The notes beneath the pieces are model-generated. The model saw nothing but the letters and a program-made list of their open reading frames with translations. It had not been told where the DNA came from and did no database searches. The position numbers and the translations under genes are program-made. A stretch of DNA of 64,000 nt from Fimbriosthenelais zetlandica (taxonomy: Eukaryota): NCBI GenBank assembly GCA_977030845.1, contig OZ365110.1:49042001-49106000 (forward strand), given 5' to 3'. Every line of letters begins with the position of its first letter. The first letter of the stretch is position 1. Below, piece after piece: positions 28,213-42,175 of this stretch.

Positions 28213-30362
28213 GCCACACCTACTGGAGATTATTTGAAGGCAAGCAAGGTTCAGAAAGAATAACTCGTCCCTAGAGTACAGGATTACCCACAGTGAGCTA
28301 GGGCGGCCTATAATAGCAATGTGGAGGTAGATAATGCCACTGCTGCTCCCATTATGATCACATAACACTCCCAAATCCCCAGTCAATTCCAACAAGTTAA
28401 AGAAACAGGAGCAGAAAAACTAAAGGGACTCGAAGAGGCGAGTACAAACCAACACCACAGCCACAGAGGGAGTCTCATTTTTTTTTTACGTCTGCCTTGA
28501 GAGATGTGAAAACACAATTCTCGCCTTTGATGTCAAGACAAGTAGAAGCAATATTTCAAAGTATACATGCACTCCTCTCTGCCAGTCTATCCGTCCACTT
28601 TTGATTAAGAAGTGGAGCTTACACAATGTACATTCCATGCTGTGGTTGGATTAGACGAGGAGGGATATGAATACCAAGCACTTCAAAGGTTCCTCAAGAC
28701 GGCAGCGAGCCGCTTCTTATACGAGTCCCCTTAATGTTGGGGACCACGTGGGAAAAAGCTCTTTCCCAACACCTGTGCTTGCCTCAAAGCGACTGTGTCA
28801 TTCTTGGGCTCAAGTGAGGTCGAATGTTCTCTATGACAAACAACGGGAGGCTACCAGGAATATAGAATTCAATAAAAAAAAATATATGAGATGAAATTAC
28901 ATCTAACAAGCAATGCATATGTTCTTTTAGGTACAAATATTATTCGAAAATGATTGATGTGATGGTATTTCAATAGCATTAACGCAATACAGAATGTTCA
29001 TAACAGCAATTTTGCATTATAATATTGAGGAACATTCATCGTTCTATAATTAGAGGCAATGCTATGGTTCTGAATGAACATGACTAACACGAGTGTAGTC
29101 AAGTTGATTGTAGCTGTTATTCATATCATTCATAATTCAGGGAGATTCATTCATGAAGTAAAAGAGGCCATGTCTGTTGTCATATCCTGCGCTATATTTA
29201 TCTCTCTCTGATTTCAGCATGCAGTTTTCACTTCAGCAATTCAAACTGATTGGCGGGATGGCAGTGGAAAAATGCCTAAAGCACTTCATATCTATGCAGC
29301 CCCCCGGAGGCATTGGAAATTCTAGACAGAGAAATAGAGTTAGAGCCCTGCCCGATCGATCTTGTTTCATTTGAATCTGTTCTGTCAACAAAGCTGTTGG
29401 CATATTTCACCAAGGGCTGCCAAACAGAAGAGGAATATGACGGTGAGGGGGAAAAGAGGACAGGGACAGGGAGGAAAGGAGGTGAATGCCATGAAATGGG
29501 GGCGGGGTGGGGGTGTAAAAACAAGAGGTAGTGTGGAAGGGCGAGTTCAGGGAGGGACAAGGGCTGGGAGGACGAGACAACACAGACAAGCACCGGCAGA
29601 AAGGAAATTTGTTCAGAATTACCATTTTTGGACCAAATATATGTTTATAGACACGATTCATAAACCTTTGATACTAACATTAAAAAGTAACGATGCACAA
29701 AATAATTATAATTACATTTTTGCAGTTGTATGTGCCGAAAGAATTCTGCAAACTAGCCAAGCTGGTGGTTTTTGCAGGTGGTTACATTTTTGGCAAAGAG
29801 GACCTGCTGATTTATCACATTTTGGCAAGTCAAACGCTGGCTTTTTTTTCTGCGAAGTTGGCAGCTAAGGGAAGTTAGGTCACGTGCATCGAAGGATGAT
29901 AGGGGTTGGAATTCATCATTTACAGCTGGATTACAGCGAGCCTGTAGATACCAGCTCACACATTCTCATCCTGCTATGTCAGAGATTGCAGGGCTAACAC
30001 CCCATCCAATCATGCCCCATCACCCCCCCACCCATCACCCGTCATCCATCACAAGCACCCAGAAATGATACCTTCACGCTAGTGAAAATTGAAATCGCTC
30101 TCCGCATGATTGAGGAGCTAAGGAGTTGACATTATAACAAACAAATATTGCATGAGCGATGGCTCCAAGCTATGTGCTTGATATAACTCAACTGCACTCA
30201 GCGTCAACGGTCATCGAACACTCTGAGGTCAACTTTCGGAATTATTGAATATTCTTTTAAGTTACGATCGACTGAAAAATGAACTTTTGGTAAGGGCTAA
30301 CCTTTGATATTTCAAAAGATGGATCCGGGAATTAGAACGTAATTTTAGATCAATTCTGAACA

Positions 30363-30501
30363 AGAATAAATGAATTTCTTTTTTGGAGAAAAAGTTTGTT
30401 TTTACATGGAGAACAATAAGCAATTGGTCTTTTATATTCTGGGAAGGAATCACAGAGCTAAAACCAGTCCATTGTCAAGATAACACAGCAGAAAATGGCA
30501 C
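30363..30501 (+). repeat. 139-bp direct repeat, copy 1
   Basis: agaataaatgaatttc...gcagaaaatggcac; matches 32803-32941 with 3 substitutions and no indels (offset 2440). Confidence 0.95.
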
Positions 30502-32802
30502 TTTCGGATTCTTTCAAAATGAACATTAAATTTGCTGAAAAGATATTTCAAAAATGTTGGAAAGAATAAAATGTTAAGAGGTATTGAAGTAGCAAGTACC
30601 AAGTGAAATATCAATGTCAATATGGGAACAATATCATCTATACTGGCAGTAGAAAGAGAGTTGTAGCCTACAATGAATAAGAAAGCGCTACATCCATACT
30701 TGTCAGTAAACCTGCTCATGTTGGAGAGTACACTGGTGACCCTCGACATATCCAGTTTTCAGGAGGCGAAGTGGTAAATCGTTATCATGACAAATGGTGT
30801 GTCACTTAGGAAGGAGGAGTAGGGACGGGGCAACCCCCTTGTCCCCGGCTAGCACCAAGTCTGACCCAAGCCAGCCACCGAGCGCAGCTTACCAAGGTCA
30901 CAGCCTCACCATATCCAAGGTCATGAAGGAATGCTCATTTTTATAGCCATGGTTAGAGTCAGTTTGGAGAGATCAGGCAGCAGAAAGCCTGATCTGCAGC
31001 CCTGCCAGGTCTCTACTAGTCCCTGCCCACAACAACCCCAGGGAAATATGCAATCTAGGACAGGAGGCTTGCCCAGAATGCCAATAAGCAGGGATTATTG
31101 CTTCATAAATTTTCCACCTTCTAGCGGTGCAAGGCACAGCCTTTTTGACCCCCAGAGAGCCATGGAATGATCCTCCACCTTGGAAAGGTCGCCGGCTCAT
31201 GATATCTACCGACCCCTGGCTCGGGCCGACACCTCGGCCAGGATCAAATCTGAAGAAAGAGAGAAGCGTATTAGAGGTAGCTGTGACCTCCTTAATGTTT
31301 CAAATAACATTAGCCATTGTGGGGGCCAGTAGTGGTGGGCTGCAGTAATTGACCCATCTAGTCTGGGAATCTTGTCCAAGTTATATTCGGAACACACCTC
31401 AGTGGGAATTCAAGCTTTTTCCATGTTAGATAATGACAGAATGCAACGATTGTTGACTCCAATGAGATATATTCGTACCCCTCTATGAGACAATGCCACT
31501 CATAGGCCTATATCCATCCAGACTTTTGTGTCCTACTTTTAACCCATGACCCCTAAAAGCCATTTTAGCATTGATTATAATGCAAAATTATCCTTATCCA
31601 AAAGAAATTTCGTTATGAACAAATCATTAGATGTGAGATGGAATTGCAGGTAAATTTATGGATATATACAGAGAATAAAAACTACAGATATAGGAGTCCT
31701 TCGTGGAAGCCGATGACTAACGTGTTATGCCTGTGAGCTGGCATGCACAAAAAACATTACCATATATATGCCGAGTCAATAAAAATTCCAATATTAGACT
31801 CACTAGCCATTATATAAATCACTGGTGCGTTTTCATTGACTGACAGCATACCATCTAAATTCTAACACAAACACATTTTTTTCGGGAATATTTTCTTCGA
31901 CTATTCAATAGCAAAGAAAGGGGTGTGAATATAATAGCCATGGTAAACGAACTACACTTTCTCACTAAACATCTATTGCCATGCCACAGCAAGCTTCGAC
32001 CAAAGGTGCAAGGGCTTAGCACTCCAATCACAACATTCAGGTCCAATTAACATTTCAATTAATCAATTCCATCGACTGTGATCTGTGGGGACCTGGCAGC
32101 AACAGGTCAGTGCTGAGAAGATGAACAGCAGGTAGGGCTTAATCACCAGCACCAAGCTGGCCACTGGAATACTAATGTCCCTCCCCCCGACTCCGAGGTC
32201 AGGTGAGGGGATACCACTGCTGGGGTATGGAGCACCCTTTGTGCGCGGAGGGAATAAAGTGCAATCAGCCTAGTATGCTAACCGAAGGAACCCACATAAA
32301 AACACATCCACCGCCGCTGTGCAAAAAGGAAAAAATGTTAACCCAAAGAAGTGAGCAAGCTCAAGCTCATTGGATCCGCTGGCAATAGTTATCGTTAGCG
32401 ATGGACCATTGGGCCCGGGCGTCGCAAGGAGAAGATGCAGCGACTCGAGCAAGATGATTGAAGCCCTGCAAGGCAACACTCCAGCAGAGCCAGATGTCGA
32501 CTGGGACATTTTCCTGGGTGATGAATGAGGGATCGCTGACATAAAAATTATGTCTGTGCACGTTGTCTAATGTAACTGGCTATCATCTCGATAATGGCTG
32601 GATATGGCCTGGAGAAGTGGTCACAGATCAACTTCACAGTGATCCTCCTCCTGATGATGAAAAATGATTCATCACACTTTTTAGAGGTTAGTGCTCATGC
32701 CATTTCCGTAAGCAGGACTAATGGAAATTTCCTCCTTTATCGATCAATTTCCTAAAAGCCGGCTTCATTTTTCGACTCGAGCAATAGAGTGTCTGAGCCT
32801 TG

Positions 32803-32941
32803 AGAATAAATGAATTTCTTTTTTGGAGAAAAAGCTTGTTTTTACATTGAGAACAATAAGCAATTGGTCTTTTATATTCTGGGAAGCAATCACAGAGCTA
32901 AAACCAGTCCATTGTCAAGATAACACAGCAGAAAATGGCAC
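32803..32941 (+). repeat. 139-bp direct repeat, copy 2
   Basis: Differences from copy 1: aaagTttg/aaagCttg, catGga/catTga, aagGaat/aagCaat. Confidence 0.95.
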
Positions 32942-33753
32942 GGCATAATAAGTCACGCTGAGCTATTCTTAGAGATAAAAGGGGGGATGGGGGGTAGATC
33001 CTACTTATATCCAGCATTGTGTCACTCTGAGTGCTGGTGATCGAGATGTATGGACAAATGAAATAAAAGCTAGCCAAACGCACGAGCCCCCAGCCGCCAC
33101 TGGTCCGTGCTAACAAAATAAAGATGCCTTGAGGGGAGCCAGTCCTTTTCTCCATTAATTTCCCACTCTCCTCGTGTGATTTTATGCGAGGCCTGGGGAA
33201 GTGAACCACAAATTCTCAGGATCATTGCCTCCCAGAGTTCATTCTGCTTTACCTCAGTGTTTCAAGTTAAAAGGCAGGACCGATAGCTGAGCACCCCGAA
33301 GCGCCCATTTTAGAAATGCTGAGTCGATAATCTAGAGGCCTATTTACCTTTTTTACAAGCGGACCAGGACATGGGGTGGGGGGGACACACCATCTAGGAT
33401 GGGCAATCTGCCTGCCAGAGCCAAGCCTGCCCAGATCCCAGCGAGGAGGATGTTACCATAGAACATGCATGCCTCAACAGACTCCCTGTCACCTATACTC
33501 AGCACAAGATGAAAGCCACATGGCAGGACCTTCTATGAATATAAATTCATGAGCAACTTGCCTGAGGGGAATAAACTTCAATCAGAAGAGTAAAAGAAAC
33601 CATATCCCAAATCTTGATATTCGTCAAGTACTTGAAAATAGTTTTCCTTATGTTATGAAAGATGATAGACAGTACTGAGAAGGGAGGATGACGATTTAGT
33701 GCGAATCTTTTCGGTACTGACCAAGTATCTCTTTGGGTTTGACAGGTTTTCAT

Positions 33754-33768
33754 AAAAAAAAAAAAAAA
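33754..33768 (+). repeat. Poly(A)15
   Basis: Read directly. Confidence 0.9.
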
Positions 33769-33810
33769 TTAAAAATCTTACAGGATCGACTGAGCTTGGT
33801 AGGTATTTGG

Positions 33811-33848
33811 ACTACTACTACTAGTAGTAGCAGTAGTAGTAGTAGTAG
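33811..33848. repeat. (ACT)4 switching to (AGT)n; near-palindromic trinucleotide repeat
   Basis: actactactactagtagtagcagtagtagtagtagtag. Confidence 0.9.
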
Positions 33849-35353
33849 GTGGACATGAGGTGTTATATTGAATGCTGCTCACTTCTTCAGCTGCTCTATG
33901 GTCGCTAATGAACAAGTGGCCAGCAATGCCAGCTTCCATCATTAACATAATCCACAACAGATCGCCAATCAGTCCTCACACTCCGCCCGCCAAATGAGAC
34001 CGTCGTCCGGCCCCAACACTCACCGCACAAATTAGAGGCGGGATTGTATTAATAGATGAGACCACTTGTTCTGCATACCTAAACAGCGACTTCTCCATGC
34101 CAGCATGGAAGACACGTGTCCCTTATGCCTTCAGAATTGATGGACTATCATAATGCCCAGCTCCCCCCACCACCTAAACAGTTAGTTAGCCCACTAACTA
34201 TCTACATATGGATGTATGCAGGCAGAATTCTCAAACCAACCTCCGGTACTGCATGGGGTCTAACGGTGTGTGGGTGCTGAATGCAATCAGGCGCTGAGCT
34301 GAAGATAACTCATTGATGTCATTGTCCATGGTGGCATTTAAAAATCCTACAGGTTTTGGTTTGAAGATTTGATCCCCAAAAATAAATGGACAACCCCTGG
34401 ATAACCCTTTGTACATGTACTTTGTACATGTTAGTCAGAGCTAATATAGTGTTTGTGCAACGAGTTTTCATAAGTTGTTTTGCATTCCATTTTTTATTCA
34501 TCAGATGAACTAACATCAGAGTCTCCAGTACATTATTTTTGCTTTCTGAGCCAAATAGGTGAGGATTTTTCCGAGGTATATGGCCGATCCTGGATGACAA
34601 AATACAGCTAGGAGTGAATGGAACACACAATGGATAATCAAACCAATTACATCACATTATTCACTTTATATTCACTCAGACGTTATATTGGCCTTTATTA
34701 GATGAAGCCAAGAACTAGGTCCATGGAACCAATTGCCTCTGACACAATTCCCCTCTCTGTAGACTGTAAGAAACTGATTAACCCGTCAAGTATAAATAAT
34801 CTAATGGGATCTTACATAGCAAGTGAGTTGCTCCACTAAGTTTATCTAGTGAGAACTCCCATCTACATCATCTGCTTAGAGGGTTTTAATATAGTAAACT
34901 ACCTCAGATAAGGCTAATGTCCTACATACACAATGTGTGGGCGAGTGACAAATGAGGTCTCAATCCATTTCATGGGATTACCAAGCCATCCTAGGCACAC
35001 AAGGTTATTCAATATCCGCTTTTTATCAACAATGCCTTCCATTATTTTAGATGAGTGGATGAGCTTTATCATAGTTTAGATAAACAGGTGCTCATGAAGA
35101 TGCTTAAAGTTATAAAACTTCACATTCTCAAAGATTGAACTTCAGTGCAGGTTTCAATTGTGTATGCATGGGAAATGAATTAATACCAGTATGCGTTATG
35201 CATGCGAAATGAATTAAAACCAGTGAAGTTGCAATCCAAATCCAGGGAATATTCTAGATGAAGACACCCTATTAATGGTATCATGCAAGACTAATAACGT
35301 TGGCAGTAAGTCAGAGAAAAGGCAGGTGCTGGGGGCATGGCTGGAAGTGATGC

Positions 35354-35374
35354 GGGAGGGGAAGGGGGGGAGGG
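35354..35374 (+). other. G-quadruplex motif GGG-A-GGGG-AA-G7-A-GGG
   Basis: Read directly. Confidence 0.6.
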
Positions 35375-38072
35375 TTCTCGGTACAGATATCTAATGTTAG
35401 GTCTGGGGCTGGAGCACAGAGGGGCTAGCACCGGAACAACTGAAGCTTAGGGCAGACAGCCAGATAAAGGGAAGGAAGGGAGAAAGACGCTGAAACAATG
35501 GAACAGCTGAAAGAATGATGGAAATGATGGTGGGTCCAATGTTCCCACGCAGTCAGCCGAAGAGGGAAATATAGAGCTAAGAGATATATCTAAGAATTAG
35601 GTCTATTCTATGGGTTGCCAAGAGTGAAGTGAGAGAGCCAACTGATTTGATATTATCGTGAGAGATTCAAATTTCATGAATCAGCCGAGTGACAAAGTTT
35701 AAATTGTGTACACATGGCTTTATGCAACTTGTACTGAATGATCCAATTCTCAAAAACATATAGAAGATCAATGACAGATCAATTACGAACGTGAATAAAT
35801 AAAAGTTGGGAAGAACCGGGAGATCAAAGTCATTAGTGGTAGAGAGATTGGAACCAATAGCACACACTCCCCACCCCATCCCCATCACCCCCAATAGCTG
35901 ATATCTGTGTGTGTCTCGGCACACCATAGCCTCAGGTGGTCTATTTAGTACTGGCTCTATTTACTCATTACTGTGATTAATCTAGCACCACCAACAATCA
36001 AGGCGAGTGCAATGGCTGTCTGTGTCCTCTATTCCCAGCTCCACAATAGACAATTTTAGATGGGGCAGTCTTTATCTAAGGCTGATTCAGAAGATAAATT
36101 CTCCATACAATAGGGAAAGTATTGTGTGAGAAAAGACAGGATTTTGAGGTTTTACCCTAACATGGTAATCAATTTGCACAGCCCTAAAACAGCAAGCCAT
36201 TTGCATGGGAATCAGTCATTTCTTCTATTCAATCATATTTCTTTGATTAATTGAACAATTATAAAATCCAAACCGTGATTAGTTCCTAAAATGGCTCTTC
36301 AGGACTAATCAACTGTTCGATTGGCAAAAAGAGGGCGAGAAAAAAAATTCAATTACTTTTATTAACAACTGACTGGAAAAAGACATTTTCCGTTGAATAA
36401 ATTCTGAATGCCACAGTTTGTGGTTTTGGGGGATGGCAGGTGCGCTTAATACTGTCAACTGAGCGAATGTATTATCTTTAGTCAAGTGATAGTGAAAATT
36501 AAATTAGTCTGAAGTACATTGAATCTCATTCAAAATATGAATACTTCTGGTAGCAACTACCACCTGAACTCGAGCTAAACTGAAGCCTCTCTTTGCAGGC
36601 ACAGGCACACATTCTACATTGAAATGCAATGCAAAAATCAGGTAAGAGGGTTTTGTAAAAATTGGAAGTTAACAGCAATCTATGGCAACTGTCCTGAAAT
36701 GTAGTTTTGAATCCATCACAGCCTGAGCCTTTCATTGTGTTGGAATGTCAGGGCTTTACCGCACTAGTGGGGGGCCTAGCCAGCATGGATGACAAAGGAA
36801 TAAGAAGGGCAGGCGAGTGGACGTCTTGTGGCTTCCAGATGACCTATACTTATTTACTGCCCCTTACATTCAGACTAAGAAAAGGACACTCCAATGACCA
36901 CCCATTGGTCCCTGTAGGTCAGCCAGCAAGACACAAAGCTTGAGGGGCATATGATCCGTTACTGAGGCTGTGCAGCATTCCGGGGGCTGTTTGGTACGTC
37001 TTAATCACCAGGGTAAAGGCTGGCGAGCTGGAGACCACTGATTGGAAGCACCTTAATCAAGTGGCCAGCTACACTGACCACCCAAGTACCGGCTCCATTC
37101 TTTCAATCTATGGCCTGGAGAGCAGTCTCCGGTAAGGGTGGGCCAGGCTTGTCCAGGAGGGGATGAAGAAAGGCACCCCCGGGTCCCACGGCTTTAGTAG
37201 CTCAATAACAAGTCCTGTAGCGGGGCTGTGTAACCTTTCAAATATTGACGTGCCTGGGTCAATCGGTGAAGAGAGAAGAGCCCTGTGATGTACAGCCCCA
37301 GTCCTCTCCAAGCATTGACACCTCGCTCGTTCATGGCAAAACTCGGCCGGCAATATCTCCAACATGGGCCTCCTTTAAATTCGATTTTTGTGGCTCTCAA
37401 CACCCTTTTTACTGCCACTAACCTTTCATGCTGGAGCTACACTTAACTCCTTCCATGGATTCCGAGAACCTCAGCCCATTGGCAGCACACTGACTGGGCC
37501 ACATAATGATTCAGAGCCATCTGTAATTCCAGTGAAAATCAGTTGAAATTCCCTTTCAACCTTCCCCCAGCGCTTGCACATCAAGGAGGACATAGTAATT
37601 TCACTCTGAACCTGGGATTTCACAAAAATATTACCGTCAAGTATTTGAAGAGGAATAGGTGTCCTACTTCGAACCCTTTGATTTCTTCGGGTTCCTTTAA
37701 AAGTCAAAATAATGCCCTTCCGAATCTTATGTGCTCAAAATTCCTCATTCCCCGTTCGATCTAAGTCTACAATATTATATAAATATGATATCAAGGCACG
37801 ACATCCGCCTCATATGCCATGAGGATAAAACGGCAATAAAATAAATAAGGAGATATTTCCATAATCCCCTTCATATCAGGGGATTACACTCCAATATCAT
37901 AATGCTTGACTTCCAGTCCCCAGCACTGCTTGGCAGCCAATCCTTCATCTCACACCAACCTGTTCAGCTGAAGGAAAACAAACTATCATGGCTGATAGTA
38001 ATCTTGACTTGTAAAGTCCTCGCTGGCTTAGGTATTATATTTACACACATTATGATGGATTGAGTGTAATAT

Positions 38073-38087
38073 GGGGGGGGGGGGGGG
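38073..38087 (+). repeat. Poly(G)15
   Basis: Read directly. Confidence 0.9.
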
Positions 38088-38210
38088 TGCGTGATAAGGG
38101 CCCTCCCACCTATTGTGACATCACAGCGAGTCAGCAAGAGAAACAACTAACAAGCCCTGATTCCCAAAAGCAAGGGCGTATCCATGGTCACTCTCAATAT
38201 GTTAACAAAT

Positions 38211-38307
38211 AATCTGACAATTCCTCACAAACTATTGTTAAGACAGAATCTGACAAATCCTCACAAACTATTGTTAAGACAGAATCTGACAATTCCTCAC
38301 AATCTAT
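38211..38307 (+). repeat. 36-bp minisatellite, ~2.7 copies
   Basis: Unit aatctgacaattcctcacaaactattgttaagacag at 38211, 38247 and 38283 (partial). It appears as a CEELSDSVLTIV repeat in minus ORF 38194-38475. Confidence 0.92.
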
Positions 38308-41300
38308 TATCTTTTTCTCCGTGGTAACACCACTGGACGTTTTGTGCCTATTGATAACCACATGTCCTATCCACAACGCATGTTCGGTGAAGTGAGGAGC
38401 GATTGGGACAACAAGCCCAAAAAGCCGGCTCAGTACAAAGATTAATAGAAAGACAGGCCAGGCAAGCGTGACCAAATATCAGCAATGAATTATTTTCACC
38501 TTGAATGGGGGAAAATGTGTCCTTGTGGTGAAATATGTGGAGAACTGAAGGATCCAGACAGGCCTTCATTTATTACCTTAAGTCTGTGAATTCCCTGAGA
38601 GAAGGATCCAACATGGGGTCTAAAAGAAAATACATGTTCTACGTAAACGAGGATGAGCAGTCGCTAAAGCATCACTATGTGCAAACAGGACTTTGTTTCC
38701 AACTTATTACAGCAAAGATCTCCGGAGATTGATAGGCACCAATAGGGTATTAGGCCAAGTTCTGCACTGCATTTTCTCCATCAGAGACATCCTGGCCAAT
38801 TTGGATGCAATAGATTAGCCTGCAGGTCTGAGTAGGTAATACTGGGGTGTAGGGGAGGAGATGGGCAGGCCGTGTTGGTGCTGGTCACTGGCCATCCGTG
38901 GCAGTTAGGTCCATCTAGACTGACCATCAGGAAATGCCACTAACATTAAAAGCATGCAAAGGATGTGAGCCCGAGAGAAAAGCACCAGAGCTGGGGCAGT
39001 GGGAGGCAGAGGACTGGTATTAGTGAGGGGACTGTATCTTTGTGGGGATATCACAATGATAGCCTCCCATTGCCTTCCAGACTGATAGAGCTCCGGTCTC
39101 AATGTGCACGGACACCAAATAGCGCATCCACATTACCTCCTCAACAACTGATAGCCTCGCCCAGTTGGCCAGACATTGGTTAAATGAACTGGTCAGTGTG
39201 GGATTAGGCCATGGCCGATTCAAAACAGCATGTTCCTTCTTCCAGCGCCATCTTTTCTACTTATTTATGAAGAAGAGGCATCTTTCCTACAGGGAAATGA
39301 TGAGATATTTCAGCCTATCGCTCTACCTCCTACTCTCTCATCATCACCCTCGATCTCATCAATATACCTCAAGGTACAAAGCCCCCATGCTGCCATAATT
39401 TACATGGCCGGCCAGAGGTATGTTATTAACCAGGTATTGCTCTCATAGGAAGAAAGATGTGCATTTTAAGGTGAAATAATATGAGGAGTGTGATCGAAGT
39501 ATTCATGAACAATCAATTATCGTCTAAAGAACCGTCATCTGGATGGACGGCCTGATGGAAAGCACATTCCGCTGGCCACGCACAGTAGCTATGGTTATCA
39601 CAGAGCAGTGCCAGTCCTGATCAGAAAGTGGGAGTGAATACCACGCTGCACTGCCGCATACTGATACAAGACTCCCCTATACATCAAACCTGCCAGCCAG
39701 GCCTGAGATTGAAAGGCAGAATTTTCCAATCAATTAAGTTAAGATATTAGCAGAGGGAGCTGATAAATGGGCGGCGTGCTGGTATGGGTGTGTTGATATG
39801 GCAGGCTTCTTCCCTGCCTCAGTCCATCTTAAACAGTAACAAGCCACCAATCATACATTAATCATCAATTATACCAAGGGACACACAATGGACCATTTTA
39901 CTATTGATCTCCCACCAATTTTATCTCATGGCACTTATCTCTTGTCAGATTGCACTCACTGCTATAGATTTTCAGTCATTTCTATGTAAATACTATGATA
40001 GTTCTTCAGAAATCCTTTTGAGCTTTTTCACCCGCACCTGCACCTAATGGAATGGAAATATCTTCAGTGAAGATGTATGGCACTTCAAACAGTATTACCT
40101 GCTATTTAAAACATGAACACAAAGGCCCAAGCTAGTGTCACGGGTCAGCTGAAGTTCCCCCTGCCACCTAAACTTTGAAAGTCAGGCTATTGTTTCCCCC
40201 AAAGACAATTTACCCAGGAACGGGGAAACTAGCACAGCTGACTTGTCCCAGGTCCATAGGAGCTTGTTTTGCATACAGAGAGTGGCAAGGCCTGAGGTGG
40301 CACGAAGGGTGTCAGCTCTATATCTTCTGGCTGAGAAAAACAGAGAGGCAGGGTGGCGGGAAGAGAGGCAGGGACCTTGAACCTGGGGGCGGGGTTGATT
40401 ATGTGTCAGACTGACGAGCGGGGTTCTCCCCCCATGTTATAATATAGTTATTCCCATGCACCGGGTACATCTGTCATAGTGGTCCCAAATCAACTCTAGT
40501 TGAAACTGGTTGCATTCTCCAGTGGATCCTGACTCATGCGGGTATAGCGGTCGCTCCTGTGTCAGACCTTGCAGCTGAGACAATGCTACAAGCGTGGAGG
40601 GACTGGCAGCATGCGAGATAGGGAGGAGCAGAAGGTATTGGAGTAGGGGGGGATGGAGGCTTCCCCTGCATGCAAGTATGACCCAATCTATGTGGGTCAT
40701 CTACTACTTACCAGGAACGAGACTGTACTTACAATGAGAGGAAATTGATAAATCAACATCTACATCATCTCATCAAATCAACAACCACTAATTTCTATAT
40801 AAATCCTAACTCCTAACTCACTAAGGCACAGCAATAGGAAAAAAATCATCGGGTCTGTTAAATAATAAGCTGTGCTATATTAGCTATGTCTAAATTTCTG
40901 CCTGGGTATAAATATAATTCCTTGCTGAAGCTGGCTACTGGATTGCTATATCCGATATAATATGCAAACCCAGCACCTTCCTTGGTCAGGAGGAGGATCA
41001 TGAATAGACACATGAAGAGCATGAAAATCTCAATACAAAAATTGATCTCCTTGTCTGACAGTGACAAATGTTGATAGCTTCCCTCAGATTGAGAACTTAC
41101 AAGTATTCTGATATATTCAGTTATACAACATTTATATTCCCAGTAGCGATGGCATAGCACTATTCTGCGCCGAGGCGACAGATAAGGTTAAGTCTCAGGA
41201 GCCCTGAATACAGTGAACCCTGAGGCTGACCTGAGCCTCTGAAATTTAAACAAGAGTGACCAACCGACTCAATACCCGCTACAAATGAAAGCAATTCTTT

Positions 41301-42009
41301 CTTTAAAGGAGGGAGAGAGAATTGGAAGAGAGCAGCAACATGAGGAATTACTGTCTTTGATGTCAAGTTGGAGCAATGTGTGGCTTGCTTAAATTGTCTA
41401 ATACAGCTTGTAGGAGGCTGGCATCTGTGTGTATGGTAGAGTAGCTGTGCGTGACAGTGAGGTCAGTTAATGATGGGGCATGTGACTATAGGGATCCGGG
41501 GTAGGGTGTAGTGGTAGGGGGTGACTCTAACAGTGTCCAAATGCTTGGCTTCGTTCCAGCACAGATGCAGGTATAACGTGACAACAATGCTAGCTCCTTG
41601 AAGCTTCCATATTGAGGTTGCCTATAAAATAAGCATTAGCGCCCAAAATAGAAGCGACCATGAGCCGGAGAGGGCCGGCTCAGGGAAAACCTCATTATGA
41701 CCGTCTGCGTGAGGGAAAAGACACTACAAATCCCAACCTTGGCAATAAAAGTAAATGAGATAAAATGCACAAGATTTCGGATGGGAGATTTTTAGAACAT
41801 GCGGGGGGAAGTTATGATTTCAAGAGAAGATGGCCAAGATGTCTAGACAAGCTGAGAAGCTGAATTGATGGACAACATAAAATGGGAAATCTCAATTGAA
41901 CTAATCACACAACTTCTGGAAAAGTGACTAATAGGATTTGGACCATTAGAGTGAAGCATGTCTAGCTGTGAGACCGAGGCCAATGAATAACCAGGGAGAC
42001 AGAGAGGAT

Positions 42010-42175
42010 TTAGGGGAACACCAAAGTCAATCCTACTCAGGAAGTCGCTAATGAGTGAAATTCATCAGGAAAAATGGCCTGGTTTGATTGAAAGTTACAG
42101 GACTTGGGGAGAGTTTCTTTGATCTGAAGAATCTTCAGGCCCCACCTTGGCTTGAGTGAAAGGTTTTGAGAGAAT
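42010..42175 (-). mobile_element. Possible decayed LINE reverse-transcriptase fragment
   Basis: The minus strand gives, in RT order, LSKPF (cf. LSKAF; 42172-42158), LISDFLS (cf. WISDFLS; 42055-42035) and FGVP (cf. GVPQG; 42025-42014). Spacing is distorted and stops intervene. Confidence 0.25.

Noticed and set aside
29362-29868. 168-aa ORF
   Set aside because: The N-half comes from a G/A-rich low-complexity tract; no recognisable domain or splice context.
30363-32941. Direct repeats as LTRs of a small LTR/TRIM element
   Set aside because: No TG...CA on both copies, no PBS or PPT inside, no flanking target-site duplication, no gag/pol between.
41160-41366. GQPQGSLYSGLL as a LINE RT GVPQG motif
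   Set aside because: No YADD-like motif downstream and no LSKAFD upstream; a single weak motif.
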